Assembly: GCA_002702895.1 (NCBI GenBank)
Contig: PACX01000022.1
Coordinates: 22,188-86,187, forward strand
Reading direction: 5' to 3'
DNA: 64,000 nucleotides
Source of the DNA: Flavobacteriaceae bacterium
GTDB taxonomy: Bacteria > Bacteroidota > Bacteroidia > Flavobacteriales > Flavobacteriaceae
Below the pieces are notes generated by a model. That model was not told where the DNA came from. It made no database searches and saw only the letters and a program-made list of their open reading frames with translations. The translations under genes and the position numbers were made by a program. The stretch's first letter is position 1. Every line of letters begins with the position of its first letter. Positions 18,770 to 29,279 of the stretch are shown here, one piece after another.

Positions 18770-20299
18770 ATGACATCTGAAGACAAATTTAAAAAAGTAA
18801 TATCTCATGCTAAGGAATATGGCTTTGTTTTTAAGTCAAGTGAAATCTATGATGGATTAAGTGCAGTTTATGATTATGGACACAACGGAACTGAACTTAA
18901 AAATAATATAAAAGATTATTGGTGGAGATCTATGGTTCAATTAAATGACAACATTGTTGGAATTGATAGCTCAATTTTAATGCATCCAAAAATCTGGGAA
19001 GCTTCTGGTCATGTAGATGCATTTAATGATCCACTAATAGATAATAAAGATTCAAAAAAAAGATATAGGGCAGATGTTTTGATAGAAGAACACATTTCTA
19101 AACTTGAATCCAAAATTCAAAAAGAAATTTTAAAAGCAGAAAAAAGATATGGAGATAAATTTGAAAAAGATGAATTTATAAAAACTAATCCTAGGATTCT
19201 TAAAAATTATGAAAAAATAAATTCTATTCATTCCAAATTTTCATCCGCAATTGAAAAAGATGACTTACTTGCTTTAAAAAAAATAATAGAAGATTTACAA
19301 ATAGTTTGCCCAGTTTCTGGTTCCAAAAATTGGACAGAAGTTAAACAATTTAACTTGATGTTTGGCACAAAGCTAGGTGCATCTTCTGATACAGCTATGG
19401 ATTTGTATTTAAGACCTGAAACAGCTCAAGGGATTTTTGTAAATTTCTTAAATGTTCAAAAAACAGGTAGATTAAAAATACCATTTGGAATTGCTCAAAT
19501 AGGAAAAGCATTTCGAAATGAGATAGTTGCAAGACAATTTATTTTTAGAATGAGAGAATTTGAACAAATGGAAATGCAATTTTTTATAAAACCAGGCACA
19601 CAAAAAAAATGGTATGAAAAATGGAAAAATCAAAGAATGAAATGGCATTTATCTTTAGGTCAAGGGAAAGAAAATTATAGGTTCCATGATCATGATAAAT
19701 TAGCCCATTATGCAGATGCAGCTTGTGATATTGAATTTAATTTTCCTTTCGGATTTAAAGAATTAGAAGGAATTCATTCTAGAACAGATTTTGATTTATC
19801 AAATCATGAAAAATTTTCTAATAAAAAATTAAGGTATTTTGATTCACAAAGTAACGAAAGTTATGTGCCATATGTTGTAGAGACTTCAATTGGGCTAGAT
19901 AGAATGTTTCTTGCAATATTTTCTAACTCATTGCTTGAAGAAAAAATTGCAGACGGAACATCAAGATTTGTACTTAAACTTCCTGCTATTTTATCTCCAA
20001 TTAAAGTTGCTGTTTTACCACTAATTAAAAAAGATGGATTGCCTGAAATTGCAAAAGAAATTTCAGAGAAACTTAAAAAAAAATATAAAGTAAGTTATGA
20101 TGAAAAAGATGCTATTGGGCGTAGGTATAGAAGACAGGATGCTCTTGGAACTCCATATTGTATTACCGTAGATCATCAATCAAAAGAAGATAATACATTT
20201 ACCTTAAGAGATAGAGATTCTATGATTCAAGAAAGATTAAGTATAGAAGAAATATTAAAAAAAATAGATTCTACTTTAAGTATTACATCCTGGCTCTAG
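18770..20299 (+). CDS. glyQS: Glycine--tRNA ligase (homodimeric alpha2 type)
   Basis: 509 aa class II aaRS with typical GlyRS sequence (YLRPETAQGIFVNF, GKAFRNEI, FEQMEMQFF, VVETSIGLDR). Confidence 0.95.
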   Translation: MTSEDKFKKVISHAKEYGFVFKSSEIYDGLSAVYDYGHNGTELKNNIKDYWWRSMVQLNDNIVGIDSSILMHPKIWEASGHVDAFNDPLIDNKDSKKRYRADVLIEEHISKLESKIQKEILKAEKRYGDKFEKDEFIKTNPRILKNYEKINSIHSKFSSAIEKDDLLALKKIIEDLQIVCPVSGSKNWTEVKQFNLMFGTKLGASSDTAMDLYLRPETAQGIFVNFLNVQKTGRLKIPFGIAQIGKAFRNEIVARQFIFRMREFEQMEMQFFIKPGTQKKWYEKWKNQRMKWHLSLGQGKENYRFHDHDKLAHYADAACDIEFNFPFGFKELEGIHSRTDFDLSNHEKFSNKKLRYFDSQSNESYVPYVVETSIGLDRMFLAIFSNSLLEEKIADGTSRFVLKLPAILSPIKVAVLPLIKKDGLPEIAKEISEKLKKKYKVSYDEKDAIGRRYRRQDALGTPYCITVDHQSKEDNTFTLRDRDSMIQERLSIEEILKKIDSTLSITSWL

Positions 20300-20305
20300 A
20301 TTATC

Positions 20306-21067
20306 ATGAAAATATTTTCTTATAATGTTAATGGAATTAGAGCAGCTATTAGAAAAGGTTTTATAGATTGGCTTAAAGAATACAGCCCGGATATCATATG
20401 TCTTCAAGAAATTAAAGCTAATACAGATCAATTAGATTTAGACCTTTTTAATAATTTGGGTTATAACAATTATTGGTATTCTGCTCAAAAAAAAGGATAT
20501 AGTGGTGTAGCTATACTGTCGAAGGATAAGCCTTTATCTGTTGAATATGGAACTGGGATTGATCATATGGATTTTGAGGGAAGAAACTTAAGGATAGATT
20601 TTAAAAATTTTTCAATAATGAGTTTGTATTTACCATCAGGCACTAATATAAATCGATTAGAATACAAATTTAAATACATGAAAGAATTTTATGATTATGT
20701 TTTAAATTTAAGAGAAACAATTCCTAATATGATAATTTGTGGAGACTATAATATTTGTCATGAATCCATAGACATTCATGATCCTGTTAGAAATGCAAAA
20801 GTATCGGGATTCTTGCCTGCAGAAAGGCTTTGGATTAGTAATTTTATGAGTTTAGGCTTTATAGATTCTTTTAGATATCTTAATCCTCAACCACACAGCT
20901 ATAGTTGGTGGAGTTATAGAGCAAACTCTAGAGCTAATAATAAGGGCTGGAGAATTGATTATAATATGGTAAGTAAAACATTAAAACCTTTAATTAAATC
21001 TTCATATATTTTAGATCAAATTTATCATTCAGATCATTGCCCAATTGGAGTAGAATTAAATATATAA
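20306..21067 (+). CDS. xthA: Exodeoxyribonuclease III
   Basis: 253 aa EEP-fold nuclease with SYNVNGIRA, CLQEIK, GDYNICH and SDHCP. Confidence 0.92.
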   Translation: MKIFSYNVNGIRAAIRKGFIDWLKEYSPDIICLQEIKANTDQLDLDLFNNLGYNNYWYSAQKKGYSGVAILSKDKPLSVEYGTGIDHMDFEGRNLRIDFKNFSIMSLYLPSGTNINRLEYKFKYMKEFYDYVLNLRETIPNMIICGDYNICHESIDIHDPVRNAKVSGFLPAERLWISNFMSLGFIDSFRYLNPQPHSYSWWSYRANSRANNKGWRIDYNMVSKTLKPLIKSSYILDQIYHSDHCPIGVELNI

Positions 21068-21069
21068 TA

Positions 21070-22104
21070 ATGAAATACACTTTTCTTCCAAATACTAATA
21101 TAAAAGTTAGTAAAATATGTCTTGGGACAATGACCTTTGGTAATCAAAATAGCTTAGAGGAATCTGAAGAGCAAATGAATTATGCTTTAAACAGTGGAGT
21201 TAACTTTTTTGATACTGCGGAGCTTTATCCAGTACCAGCTTCTGCCCAAAGGTATGCTGATACAGAAAAGATTATTGGAGGATGGATGAAAAAGAACTCT
21301 AATAGAAATCAGATTGTTTTAGCAACTAAAATTGCAGGTCCTGGAGATTACACTAAACATATTAGAACAACTGGATTTAGTGAGAAAGCTATATTTGAAG
21401 CAGTTGAAGGTAGCTTAAAAAGACTTAAGACTGAATATATTGATTTATATCAATTACATTGGCCAGAAAGAATTACAAATACATTTGGACAAAGAGGTTA
21501 CAAATATCATAGTCAAGATAAATGGCAAGATAATTTTGAAAGAGTTTTAGAAAGTTTAAATAAATTAATTAATTCAGGAAAAATTAGACAAATAGGAATT
21601 TCTAATGAAAACCCATGGGGATTTATGAAATTTTTGGAATTGTCAAAAAAAAATCTACCCAAAATGATAACTATTCAGAATCCATATTCTCTTTTAAATC
21701 GTCTTTTTGAAATTGGAAATGCTGAAGTATGTATTAGAGAAAATGTAGGGTTACTTGCGTATTCTCCACTCGGTTTTGGTGTTTTAAGTGGCAAATATCT
21801 TAATGGTAATATACCTAAAGATAGTAGACTTAAGCTTTTCCCAAATTTGAATAGGTTTGCTAGTAAACAATCAATGAATGCAACAAAAATGTACATGGAA
21901 ATAGCTCTAAAATATGGGATATCTCTTACTCATATATCACTGGCTTTTGTTAATAGCAGACCTTTTGTTACAAGTAATATTATAGGAGCTTCTAAATTAA
22001 AACAATTAAAGGAAAATATTGAAAGCATTAATGTTAATTTAAGTCCAGAGATTATAAGAGAAATTGAAAATGTTCAAAGTTTAATTCCTAATCCCGCTCC
22101 TTGA
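21070..22104 (+). CDS. NADP(H)-dependent aldo/keto reductase (Tas-like)
   Basis: AKR motifs present (LGTMTFG, FDTAELY, DLYQLHWP). I prefer the ATG at 21070 (MKYTFLPN) over the track start at 21037, which overlaps xthA by 31 nt. Confidence 0.85.
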   Translation: MKYTFLPNTNIKVSKICLGTMTFGNQNSLEESEEQMNYALNSGVNFFDTAELYPVPASAQRYADTEKIIGGWMKKNSNRNQIVLATKIAGPGDYTKHIRTTGFSEKAIFEAVEGSLKRLKTEYIDLYQLHWPERITNTFGQRGYKYHSQDKWQDNFERVLESLNKLINSGKIRQIGISNENPWGFMKFLELSKKNLPKMITIQNPYSLLNRLFEIGNAEVCIRENVGLLAYSPLGFGVLSGKYLNGNIPKDSRLKLFPNLNRFASKQSMNATKMYMEIALKYGISLTHISLAFVNSRPFVTSNIIGASKLKQLKENIESINVNLSPEIIREIENVQSLIPNPAP

Positions 22105-23455
22105 ACAAATTTTTAATTAGCTCTTCAATTCTAGAGTATTGCAATATTTTAATTTTTCTAGGAATTTTAGAAATTTTGGTTTTGTCAGATAATATCAAAA
22201 ATTTAAAACCAAGTTTTTCTGCTTCATTTATTCTTTGATCAATTTTAGAAATGTTTCTAAGTTCACCAGAAAGCCCAATTTCTGCTGCAAAACAGATGCC
22301 ATGAGGAATTGAGATATTTATATTACTGGACAGTATTGCAGCTATCACTGCCAAATCAATTGCAGGATCTTCAATTTTGATTCCACCTGTAATATTTAAA
22401 AAAACATCTTTTGTACCAAGATTAAATCCAGCTTTTTTTTCTAAAACTGCTAATATCATGTTTAGTCTTTTCGAATTAAATCCTGTAGTGCTTCTTTGAG
22501 GGGTTCCATAAACAGCAGAACTTACTAGCGCTTGAATTTCAATCATTATAGGCCTAACTCCTTCAATTGTTGCAGCTATTGCATTACCGCTAAGAGGAGA
22601 TTTATTATTTGAAATAAGCAATTCGCTAGGGTTGCTAACTTGTCGTAATCCATCGCTCAACATTTCATATATTCCTATTTCAGCAGTAGAGCCATATCTA
22701 TTCTTTTTAGATCTTAATATTCTATAAATGTGATTTCTGTCTCCTTCAAAATTCAGAACTACATCAACCATATGTTCCAAAATTTTAGGGCCAGCTATGC
22801 CACCATCTTTAGTAATATGTCCAACCATTATAATAGGAAGATTTGTTTTTTTTGCATATTTTAAAAAATGAGATGCAGATTCTTTAATTTGAGATACGCT
22901 TCCTGGACTACTTTCAATTCTATCGGTTTGCAAAGTTTGTATAGAATCAATAATTATTAGTTCGGGTTCAATTGAATTAATATGTAGTATAATACTTTCA
23001 ACATTTGTTTCATTTAATATAAAACAAGATTTAGATTTAGAATTTATTCTATTAGCCCTACGTTTAATTTGTTGTTTGCTTTCTTCTCCGGAAACATAAA
23101 GAACAGTTATATTTAAAAATAAAGAAATTTGAAGAAGTAAAGTAGATTTTCCAATGCCTGGTTCCCCACCAATTAAAATTAAGGATCCTGGAACAATACC
23201 TCCGCCTAATACTCTATTTAGTTCTTCATCTTTTGAATTTAATCTGGGATTATCAGAATTGTCAATATCTTGTATTTTGGTAGGCTTAGAAGAAGCTTGT
23301 TTTTTTGAAAGTCCAATTGCTGCTTTTTTGGGATTTTGAATTACTTCTTCAATTAGGGTATTCCATTCTTTGCATGAACTGCATTGTCCCATCCATTTTG
23401 GATAGTGATTTCCACAATTTTGACAATAAAAGACTGTTTTTAATTTAGCCATCAA
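22088..23455 (-). CDS. radA: DNA repair protein RadA/Sms
   Basis: Zn-finger CQNCG..CSSCKEW, Walker A GGEPGIGKSTL, KNRYG motif and a Lon-like C-terminal domain. Confidence 0.95.
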   Translation of the reverse strand: MMAKLKTVFYCQNCGNHYPKWMGQCSSCKEWNTLIEEVIQNPKKAAIGLSKKQASSKPTKIQDIDNSDNPRLNSKDEELNRVLGGGIVPGSLILIGGEPGIGKSTLLLQISLFLNITVLYVSGEESKQQIKRRANRINSKSKSCFILNETNVESIILHINSIEPELIIIDSIQTLQTDRIESSPGSVSQIKESASHFLKYAKKTNLPIIMVGHITKDGGIAGPKILEHMVDVVLNFEGDRNHIYRILRSKKNRYGSTAEIGIYEMLSDGLRQVSNPSELLISNNKSPLSGNAIAATIEGVRPIMIEIQALVSSAVYGTPQRSTTGFNSKRLNMILAVLEKKAGFNLGTKDVFLNITGGIKIEDPAIDLAVIAAILSSNINISIPHGICFAAEIGLSGELRNISKIDQRINEAEKLGFKFLILSDKTKISKIPRKIKILQYSRIEELIKNLFKERD

Positions 23456-23474
23456 TTATAATTTATGCTAGGAA

Positions 23475-24410
23475 TTATTTTTTGTTTAAGATAGGTAAAA
23501 AAATAAAAGATAAAGAACCCAAGGTTATTATCATAATAGTTTGAGAAGTCCAGACTATCCATCCAAAGGCAAGAGACGTCTCATATGATATTTCATATTG
23601 ATTTAAAATAGCAGCAATTGCTAATGGGTATGCTCCTATTCCTCCATTTGTTAGTGACATTGCGATAGCACCTGCAATAAAAGCAATAAAAACAGGTTCA
23701 ACTCCTAAATTATAGGTTTCAGGAATACTGAATTTAACTACATAGAACATGAAAAAGTAACAACACCAAATAAATATTGTGTGTGTATAGAAAAAAATTT
23801 TATGTTCAATTTTTGAAATTGAAAAAATTCCTTTTTTAAGTCCATCAAAAAAAATTAAAAACTTATTTATTAACCCTTTTTTATTAATTAGTTTAAAAAC
23901 GAAATAAGAAACTATACTAAACATTAGTAAATAAAATAAAAACGGAATTTCTATTGAAAAATTTGGAATTATTAATTTGGAGGAAATTATTATTCCAAAA
24001 AATATATATATAGATAAAATTAAAATATCAATAATTCTTTCAGTAACTATTGTCCCAAGACCTTTTTCAAAGGGAATTTTTTCATAATAATAAATTAAAC
24101 TAGCTCTTACAAACTCACCAGATCTAGGAATCGCTAGATTTGAAAAAAAACAAGCGAAAACAGACATTATTGAATTTAATATATTTAGTTTATAGCCCAA
24201 TGGATTTAATAAATATTTCCATCTAAAAGCTCTTGAAATATGGCTCAGAATTCCAACAAAAATTGATAGAAAAATAAAGTTATAATTAGCTTTTGAAATA
24301 GAGCTTAATACATTAGCCCTGTTTTCTGGAGATATACTATCATATGAATAGTAAACAAGAAATAAACCTATAAATAATGGAGCAAATTTTTTTAATGATT
24401 TTTTTTTCAT
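23475..24410 (-). CDS. Flippase-like / lysylphosphatidylglycerol-synthase TM-domain (UPF0104) membrane protein
   Basis: 311 aa polytopic membrane protein. The position between panD and radA is, as I recall, conserved in Flavobacteriia. Confidence 0.55.
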   Translation of the reverse strand: MKKKSLKKFAPLFIGLFLVYYSYDSISPENRANVLSSISKANYNFIFLSIFVGILSHISRAFRWKYLLNPLGYKLNILNSIMSVFACFFSNLAIPRSGEFVRASLIYYYEKIPFEKGLGTIVTERIIDILILSIYIFFGIIISSKLIIPNFSIEIPFLFYLLMFSIVSYFVFKLINKKGLINKFLIFFDGLKKGIFSISKIEHKIFFYTHTIFIWCCYFFMFYVVKFSIPETYNLGVEPVFIAFIAGAIAMSLTNGGIGAYPLAIAAILNQYEISYETSLAFGWIVWTSQTIMIITLGSLSFIFLPILNKK

Positions 24411-24412
24411 TA

Positions 24413-24760
24413 TTAATTGAGGAAATTATTTTTATTTGGAAAAATCAATGTAGGATTAAAATTTTTAGCATCAGAAATACTCATTCTACCATAACTAATA
24501 ATTATTATTTGATCTCCTATTTGAACTTTTCTAGCAGCAGGGCCGTTTAAGCTTACTTCTCCACTATTTTTTTCCCCCTTAATAATGTAAGTATCCAACC
24601 TTTCACCATTATTTATATTAAGAACTTGAACTTTTTCACCAACAACCATTTTAGCTGCATTAATAAGAGTTTCGTCAATGGTGATACTTCCAATATAATT
24701 GAGATTAGAATGAGTAACTTTTACTTTATGGATTTTTGATTTTAAAATTTCAATTTGCAT
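24413..24760 (-). CDS. panD: Aspartate 1-decarboxylase
   Basis: 115 aa. [11 protein letters not shown] and the YIGSITID self-processing Gly-Ser site. Confidence 0.93.
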   Translation of the reverse strand: MQIEILKSKIHKVKVTHSNLNYIGSITIDETLINAAKMVVGEKVQVLNINNGERLDTYIIKGEKNSGEVSLNGPAARKVQIGDQIIIISYGRMSISDAKNFNPTLIFPNKNNFLN

Positions 24761-24774
24761 TGCGCAAATATAAA

Positions 24775-25623
24775 TTAATTCAATAAAATGTTATCAATTA
24801 ATCTTACTTCATTCACATTAACACAAATAAATGCCCTATAAGATTTTTTTAAATTAATTTCTTGTTGAATTTGTAAAGTTTTAGAGTCGGCAATTTCAAG
24901 ATATTCTACTTTAAATTTTTTATTTTTTTCAATAGATTGAATAATAGATTTTTTAATTGATTCTAATTTCAAACTATTAAAGTTTTTCTTCAAAAAAGAT
25001 AGACTCTCAAAAATTATTGAAGACTCATTTCTTTCAGAAATCGATAATAAATTATTTCTTGAACTTAGAGCTAGTCCATTTTTTTCTCTAACCGTAGAGC
25101 AAATAATTATATTAACAGTTATCTTTTCTATTTTAATAAGTTGTTTTATAATTAGAACTTGTTGATAGTCTTTTTCTCCAAAATAAATATCGTTTGGTTT
25201 AAAAAGACTTAAAAGTTTTGAAACAATTGTGGCTACCCCATTGAAGTGATTTTCCCTATATTTTCCCTCAAGTTCAATATCAAGATTTTTAAAATCATAG
25301 ATTTTTAATTTAGGTGTTCCGTCATAAATTTCTTTTTCATTTGGGACAAAAACATTTATTTTTTTTGAGATAGATTTAATTAAATTAACATCTTTTTTTA
25401 AATTTTTTGGATATTTCTTGAAATCGTTAATATTATTAAATTGAATCGGGTTTATAAAAATACTTACCCATACAACATCATTTTTATCTTTTGCCTGCTT
25501 TATAAGGGTTAAGTGCCCTTTGTGTAAAGAACCCATTGTTGGCACTAATCCTATGGATTTCCCTGATAAAATAGATTGATCGATTAGCTTTGTAACGTTT
25601 TTTTTTCTATGAACTATTAGCAT
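24775..25623 (-). CDS. panC: Pantoate--beta-alanine ligase
   Basis: 282 aa. [13 protein letters not shown] (HxGH) motif and FGEKDYQQ. Confidence 0.9.
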   Translation of the reverse strand: MLIVHRKKNVTKLIDQSILSGKSIGLVPTMGSLHKGHLTLIKQAKDKNDVVWVSIFINPIQFNNINDFKKYPKNLKKDVNLIKSISKKINVFVPNEKEIYDGTPKLKIYDFKNLDIELEGKYRENHFNGVATIVSKLLSLFKPNDIYFGEKDYQQVLIIKQLIKIEKITVNIIICSTVREKNGLALSSRNNLLSISERNESSIIFESLSFLKKNFNSLKLESIKKSIIQSIEKNKKFKVEYLEIADSKTLQIQQEINLKKSYRAFICVNVNEVRLIDNILLN

Positions 25624-25728
25624 TTAATATAAATTTAACACTGTATATAGATCTTATCTTATACTAAATCTAACATAATTTTTGTAATTTTGCGTTCTTT
25701 AATATCCAAGAATAAAAGAAAGGATTTT

Positions 25729-26541
25729 ATGAATGGAAAAAAAGTACTTTTTATATCTTCTGAAGTTATTCCATATCTTCCAAATAATGATATTTCATCA
25801 TTATCATATAATTTACCCAAAATGGTTAATGAAAATGGGGGACAAACAAGAATTTTTATTCCTAAATATGGTATAATTAACGAGAGAAGGCATCAGTTAC
25901 ATGAGGTTATAAGGCTTTCAGGAATGAATTTAATTATTGATGATATTGACATGCCACTAATTATAAAGGTTGCATCAATCCCAAAAGAAAGAATGCAGGT
26001 TTATTTTATTGATAATGATGAGTATTTTAAAAATAGAGGATTACAGTTTGATGAAAAAAATAAAAAATTATACAAGGACAATGATGAAAGAGCTATCTTT
26101 TTTGCTAAGGGTGTTGTAGAAACTATAAAGAAACTAAATTGGTCTCCTGATATAATTCATGTTCATGGATGGATATCATCTTTGTTGCCATTATATTTAA
26201 AAGAATATTATAGAGATGAGCCATTATTTAGTAAGTCCAAGGTGGTTGTATCAATTTATGGAGATGAAATTAAGGGGAAATTAGATTCAAAAATCGTTAA
26301 GAAAATTAAATTTGATGAGATTGAAAGTGACACTCTCGATATTTTAAAAGAAGCTACCTATTTAAATTTATTTAAAAATGCTATTTTAAATTCAGATGGA
26401 GTTATTTTCTCAGGGGATAATATAGATCAAACCATTTTTGAATTGGCAAATTCCACAAATAAACCAATTTTAAAATATGGTTTTATTGAAGGCTTTAAAG
26501 AAGAATATTTGAATTTTTATAAAACAAAAATTCTTAACTAG
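25729..26541 (+). CDS. Half-size glycogen/starch-synthase-like protein (GT5 N-terminal Rossmann domain only)
   Basis: The ATG at 25729 (MNGKKVLFISSEVIPY...) matches the GlgA N-terminus. The protein is ~270 aa, against roughly 480 aa for E. coli-type GlgA as I recall. A TAATTTTG box at 25685-25692 argues against the track TTG start at 25690. Confidence 0.65.
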   Translation: MNGKKVLFISSEVIPYLPNNDISSLSYNLPKMVNENGGQTRIFIPKYGIINERRHQLHEVIRLSGMNLIIDDIDMPLIIKVASIPKERMQVYFIDNDEYFKNRGLQFDEKNKKLYKDNDERAIFFAKGVVETIKKLNWSPDIIHVHGWISSLLPLYLKEYYRDEPLFSKSKVVVSIYGDEIKGKLDSKIVKKIKFDEIESDTLDILKEATYLNLFKNAILNSDGVIFSGDNIDQTIFELANSTNKPILKYGFIEGFKEEYLNFYKTKILN

Positions 26542-26547
26542 TTTCTA

Positions 26548-28359
26548 ATGAATTATACTAAATATTTTTTTTTAATTATAATAGTTGTAACAGCTTGCAA
26601 TAAAGATTACAATACTATTGGAATAAATTTAATTAATAACAAGGCTTTTAATACTAGCGTAGAAGAGGTCCCAGTTTTTGTCAAAATGAAAAAAATCCCA
26701 CCTTATGTTGTAAATCAAATACAAACTTTTCAATTAGGGACATATAACGATAATATTTTTGGAAAAAGTGAAGTTACATTTATGTCTCAATTAACAATGG
26801 AAACAGTATCTCCCGTCTTTGGAATTTTTAAACAAGATGATGAAGTAAATGGTATGGAGGATAATGTTGCATGTATACCTGAGAAAGAAACATTGAAGGA
26901 TGTTTTTTTGGACATACCTTTTTTTACAAATGTTGATGATGATGATAACGATGGAGTAATAAACTTATACGATGTTGATAGTACTGATCCTGAAAGTGAT
27001 AGTGACGGAGATGGTTTATCAGATATAGCTGAGCGTCAAACAGGGCAAAATCCATTAAATCCAGATACTGATGGAGATGGAATTTTAGATGGTGAAGATA
27101 CAGAATCAAAAAATCCTGATGGTAACGCTACAGTTTATGAACTGGATTCTTTAATGGGAAATTCTGAAGCAAAATTCAAACTTAAGGTAAATGAACTTAA
27201 TTATTACTTGAGGGCCTATGATCCAGAATCTAATTTTGAAAAATATCAAAAATATTATTCAAATAATGAGATTGCTTCAAATTTTTCTGGAACTGTTTTG
27301 TTTGATGATGAGATAGAGATTAATTCTAAAGAATTAGTTTTTTGGAATGAAGATGATCCAGAAACAGATGATGTAGATGAGTCCGAAACAATAAAAGATA
27401 GGCTAACTCCTAGAGTTAGAGTTTCTTTAGATAAAGATTTCTTTCAAAAAAAAATTATTGATAATGAAGGATCACAGGACTTAGCTAACAATGAAAACTT
27501 AAAGCTATTTCTAAAAGGTTTAGTAATTAAAGCATATGATTTTTCGGACCCCTTACTTATGATTTTAAATTTTAATGAAGCTGAGATAAGACTAGTGTAT
27601 GGATATCAAAAGTATGATAAAAAGGATACCCCTGATGACACTTCAGATGATGTAATCGAAGAATCTGAGGAGACGTTCAAATTAAATATGCAAGGGTATA
27701 AAATAAATTCATTTAAAAATGATCTATATCCAGGCTCTATAAATTCAGAAGTTAATGATACAATTAATAATCCCAAATCTGTATACCTAAAGGGAGGTGA
27801 AGGAGTAATGGCAGAAATAGAATTATTTAAGAATGATGATGGAATAGATATTTTAGAGGAAATAAGAGCAAAACAATGGTTGGTTAATGAAGCTAATTTA
27901 TCGATGTATATCGATAAAGATATGTTATCATCTAATGGAGGGATTATTGAACCTTCAAGGCTGTATTTATATGACATAAAAAATAAAGCACCAGTTATTG
28001 ATTATTTTATTGATAATAGTAGTGGTCCCAAAGAATCCCAAAATAAAGTAGTTCATGGGGGATTAATTCAATTGGATGAAGATGATAAAGGTTTAATGTA
28101 TAAAATAAAAATAAGTGAACACATTAAAAATGTAATAAGAAAAGATTCTACAAATGTTAGGCTCGGACTTGTTGTAAGTTCTGATATCAGTAGCTCTATG
28201 AATATTGAAGTTGATCAGTCTGACCTTATGACTTTTATACCTTCTTCAACAGCTATTAACCCATTAGGAACTGTTTTAATTGGGCCAAGCCCAAGCGCAG
28301 AAAATTATAGTAAAAGAATGAGATTAAATTTGTATTATACTGAAGTAAATAATAATTAA
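26548..28359 (+). CDS. DUF4270-family lipoprotein with an inserted TSP3-like calcium-binding repeat block
   Basis: 603 aa with a lipoprotein signal (IIVVTAC). The position after the GlgA-like gene is typical for DUF4270. Aa ~128-193 read DDDDNDG..DVDSTDPESDSDGDGLSD...NPDTDGDGILDGED. Confidence 0.6.
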   Translation: MNYTKYFFLIIIVVTACNKDYNTIGINLINNKAFNTSVEEVPVFVKMKKIPPYVVNQIQTFQLGTYNDNIFGKSEVTFMSQLTMETVSPVFGIFKQDDEVNGMEDNVACIPEKETLKDVFLDIPFFTNVDDDDNDGVINLYDVDSTDPESDSDGDGLSDIAERQTGQNPLNPDTDGDGILDGEDTESKNPDGNATVYELDSLMGNSEAKFKLKVNELNYYLRAYDPESNFEKYQKYYSNNEIASNFSGTVLFDDEIEINSKELVFWNEDDPETDDVDESETIKDRLTPRVRVSLDKDFFQKKIIDNEGSQDLANNENLKLFLKGLVIKAYDFSDPLLMILNFNEAEIRLVYGYQKYDKKDTPDDTSDDVIEESEETFKLNMQGYKINSFKNDLYPGSINSEVNDTINNPKSVYLKGGEGVMAEIELFKNDDGIDILEEIRAKQWLVNEANLSMYIDKDMLSSNGGIIEPSRLYLYDIKNKAPVIDYFIDNSSGPKESQNKVVHGGLIQLDEDDKGLMYKIKISEHIKNVIRKDSTNVRLGLVVSSDISSSMNIEVDQSDLMTFIPSSTAINPLGTVLIGPSPSAENYSKRMRLNLYYTEVNNN

Positions 28360-29279
28360 ATTTTAGCTCTGTCACTTTCCCATACATTTTGAGAAAGCCC
28401 TCTTATCCAATAATTCATACTTTTTTCTAATATTTTTCTTTTAGATTTTGAAAAAATCCCAATAATTACTAACTCTATAAATTGAAAAAATATTAATAAT
28501 AAATGATTTAAGTATTTAATTGATTTTTTTGAATGTTTTTCAAGGTAGATATGTGACGAAATAATAACCTCAGATTTCGTAATAATTTTTAGTTCATTAT
28601 TTTTTCTAGAAGCTTTCCCATGAAAATGTGTACAACTCCAATTATTAAGTAAAGAGACCTTTAACTTAAATTTTTCAGCTCTTTTGCATAAATCCATATC
28701 TTCATAATACATCCAGTAATTTTCATCCCATCCATTTAATAGATCAAAATCTTTTTTTCTTAATAATAAAAAAGATCCTGAAATCCAATCAGGGTTAGCG
28801 ATCTTTTTAAGATTCATAGATTTATAAGACCCTCTATTAATTCTAATCAAAGACCTGAATAAGCCAGATAATGTCCAGAAATTTAAAAAAATTCCAAACG
28901 AATTTGTGTGATTTTGTTTTTGATTGAATTGTTTTATACCAATTATTCTATGATCTGTATTAATATTACAATATTTAATTAAGGAAGAGATTGAATTAGA
29001 TTCTAAAATTGTGTCTGGATTCAAAAACAAAGACCATTTAGATTTTATCAAAGAAGCACCAATATTACACGCTTTTGCAAATCCATAATTTTTAGAATTT
29101 TCAACCCAGTGAACCCATTTATACTTTTTCTTAAATATTGAAATTTCATTGTCATTGGAATTATTATCTACAACAATTACTTCTAAATTAATTTTGTTCT
29201 GATTTAAAATACTTTCAAGACATAAGGTTAAATTATCCCACGTTTTATAATTAACTATGACTATGGATAGGCTTTCCAT
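28356..29279 (-). CDS. Family 2 glycosyltransferase
   Basis: 307 aa with SIVIVNYKT, VVDNNSND and LNPDT (DXD-like) motifs. Its start overlaps the rpoN stop (TAATG on the minus strand). Confidence 0.8.
   Translation of the reverse strand: MESLSIVIVNYKTWDNLTLCLESILNQNKINLEVIVVDNNSNDNEISIFKKKYKWVHWVENSKNYGFAKACNIGASLIKSKWSLFLNPDTILESNSISSLIKYCNINTDHRIIGIKQFNQKQNHTNSFGIFLNFWTLSGLFRSLIRINRGSYKSMNLKKIANPDWISGSFLLLRKKDFDLLNGWDENYWMYYEDMDLCKRAEKFKLKVSLLNNWSCTHFHGKASRKNNELKIITKSEVIISSHIYLEKHSKKSIKYLNHLLLIFFQFIELVIIGIFSKSKRKILEKSMNYWIRGLSQNVWESDRAKI

Noticed and set aside
21037-21069. Track start of the aldo/keto reductase, which overlaps xthA by 31 nt. Similar upstream alternative starts appear at 25690, 59066, 18688, 49143 and 54754.
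   Set aside because: In each case a downstream ATG gives the family-typical N-terminus and removes the overlap or the non-ATG start. The upstream extensions have no conserved sequence.
26924-27109. His-rich 61-aa minus-strand ORF (…HRYHHHQHL) that might look like a metal-binding peptide.
   Set aside because: It is the antisense reading of the GAT/GAC-rich Asp-repeat block of DUF4270 (ATC/GTC read as His and Gln codons in another frame), so it is an artefact.
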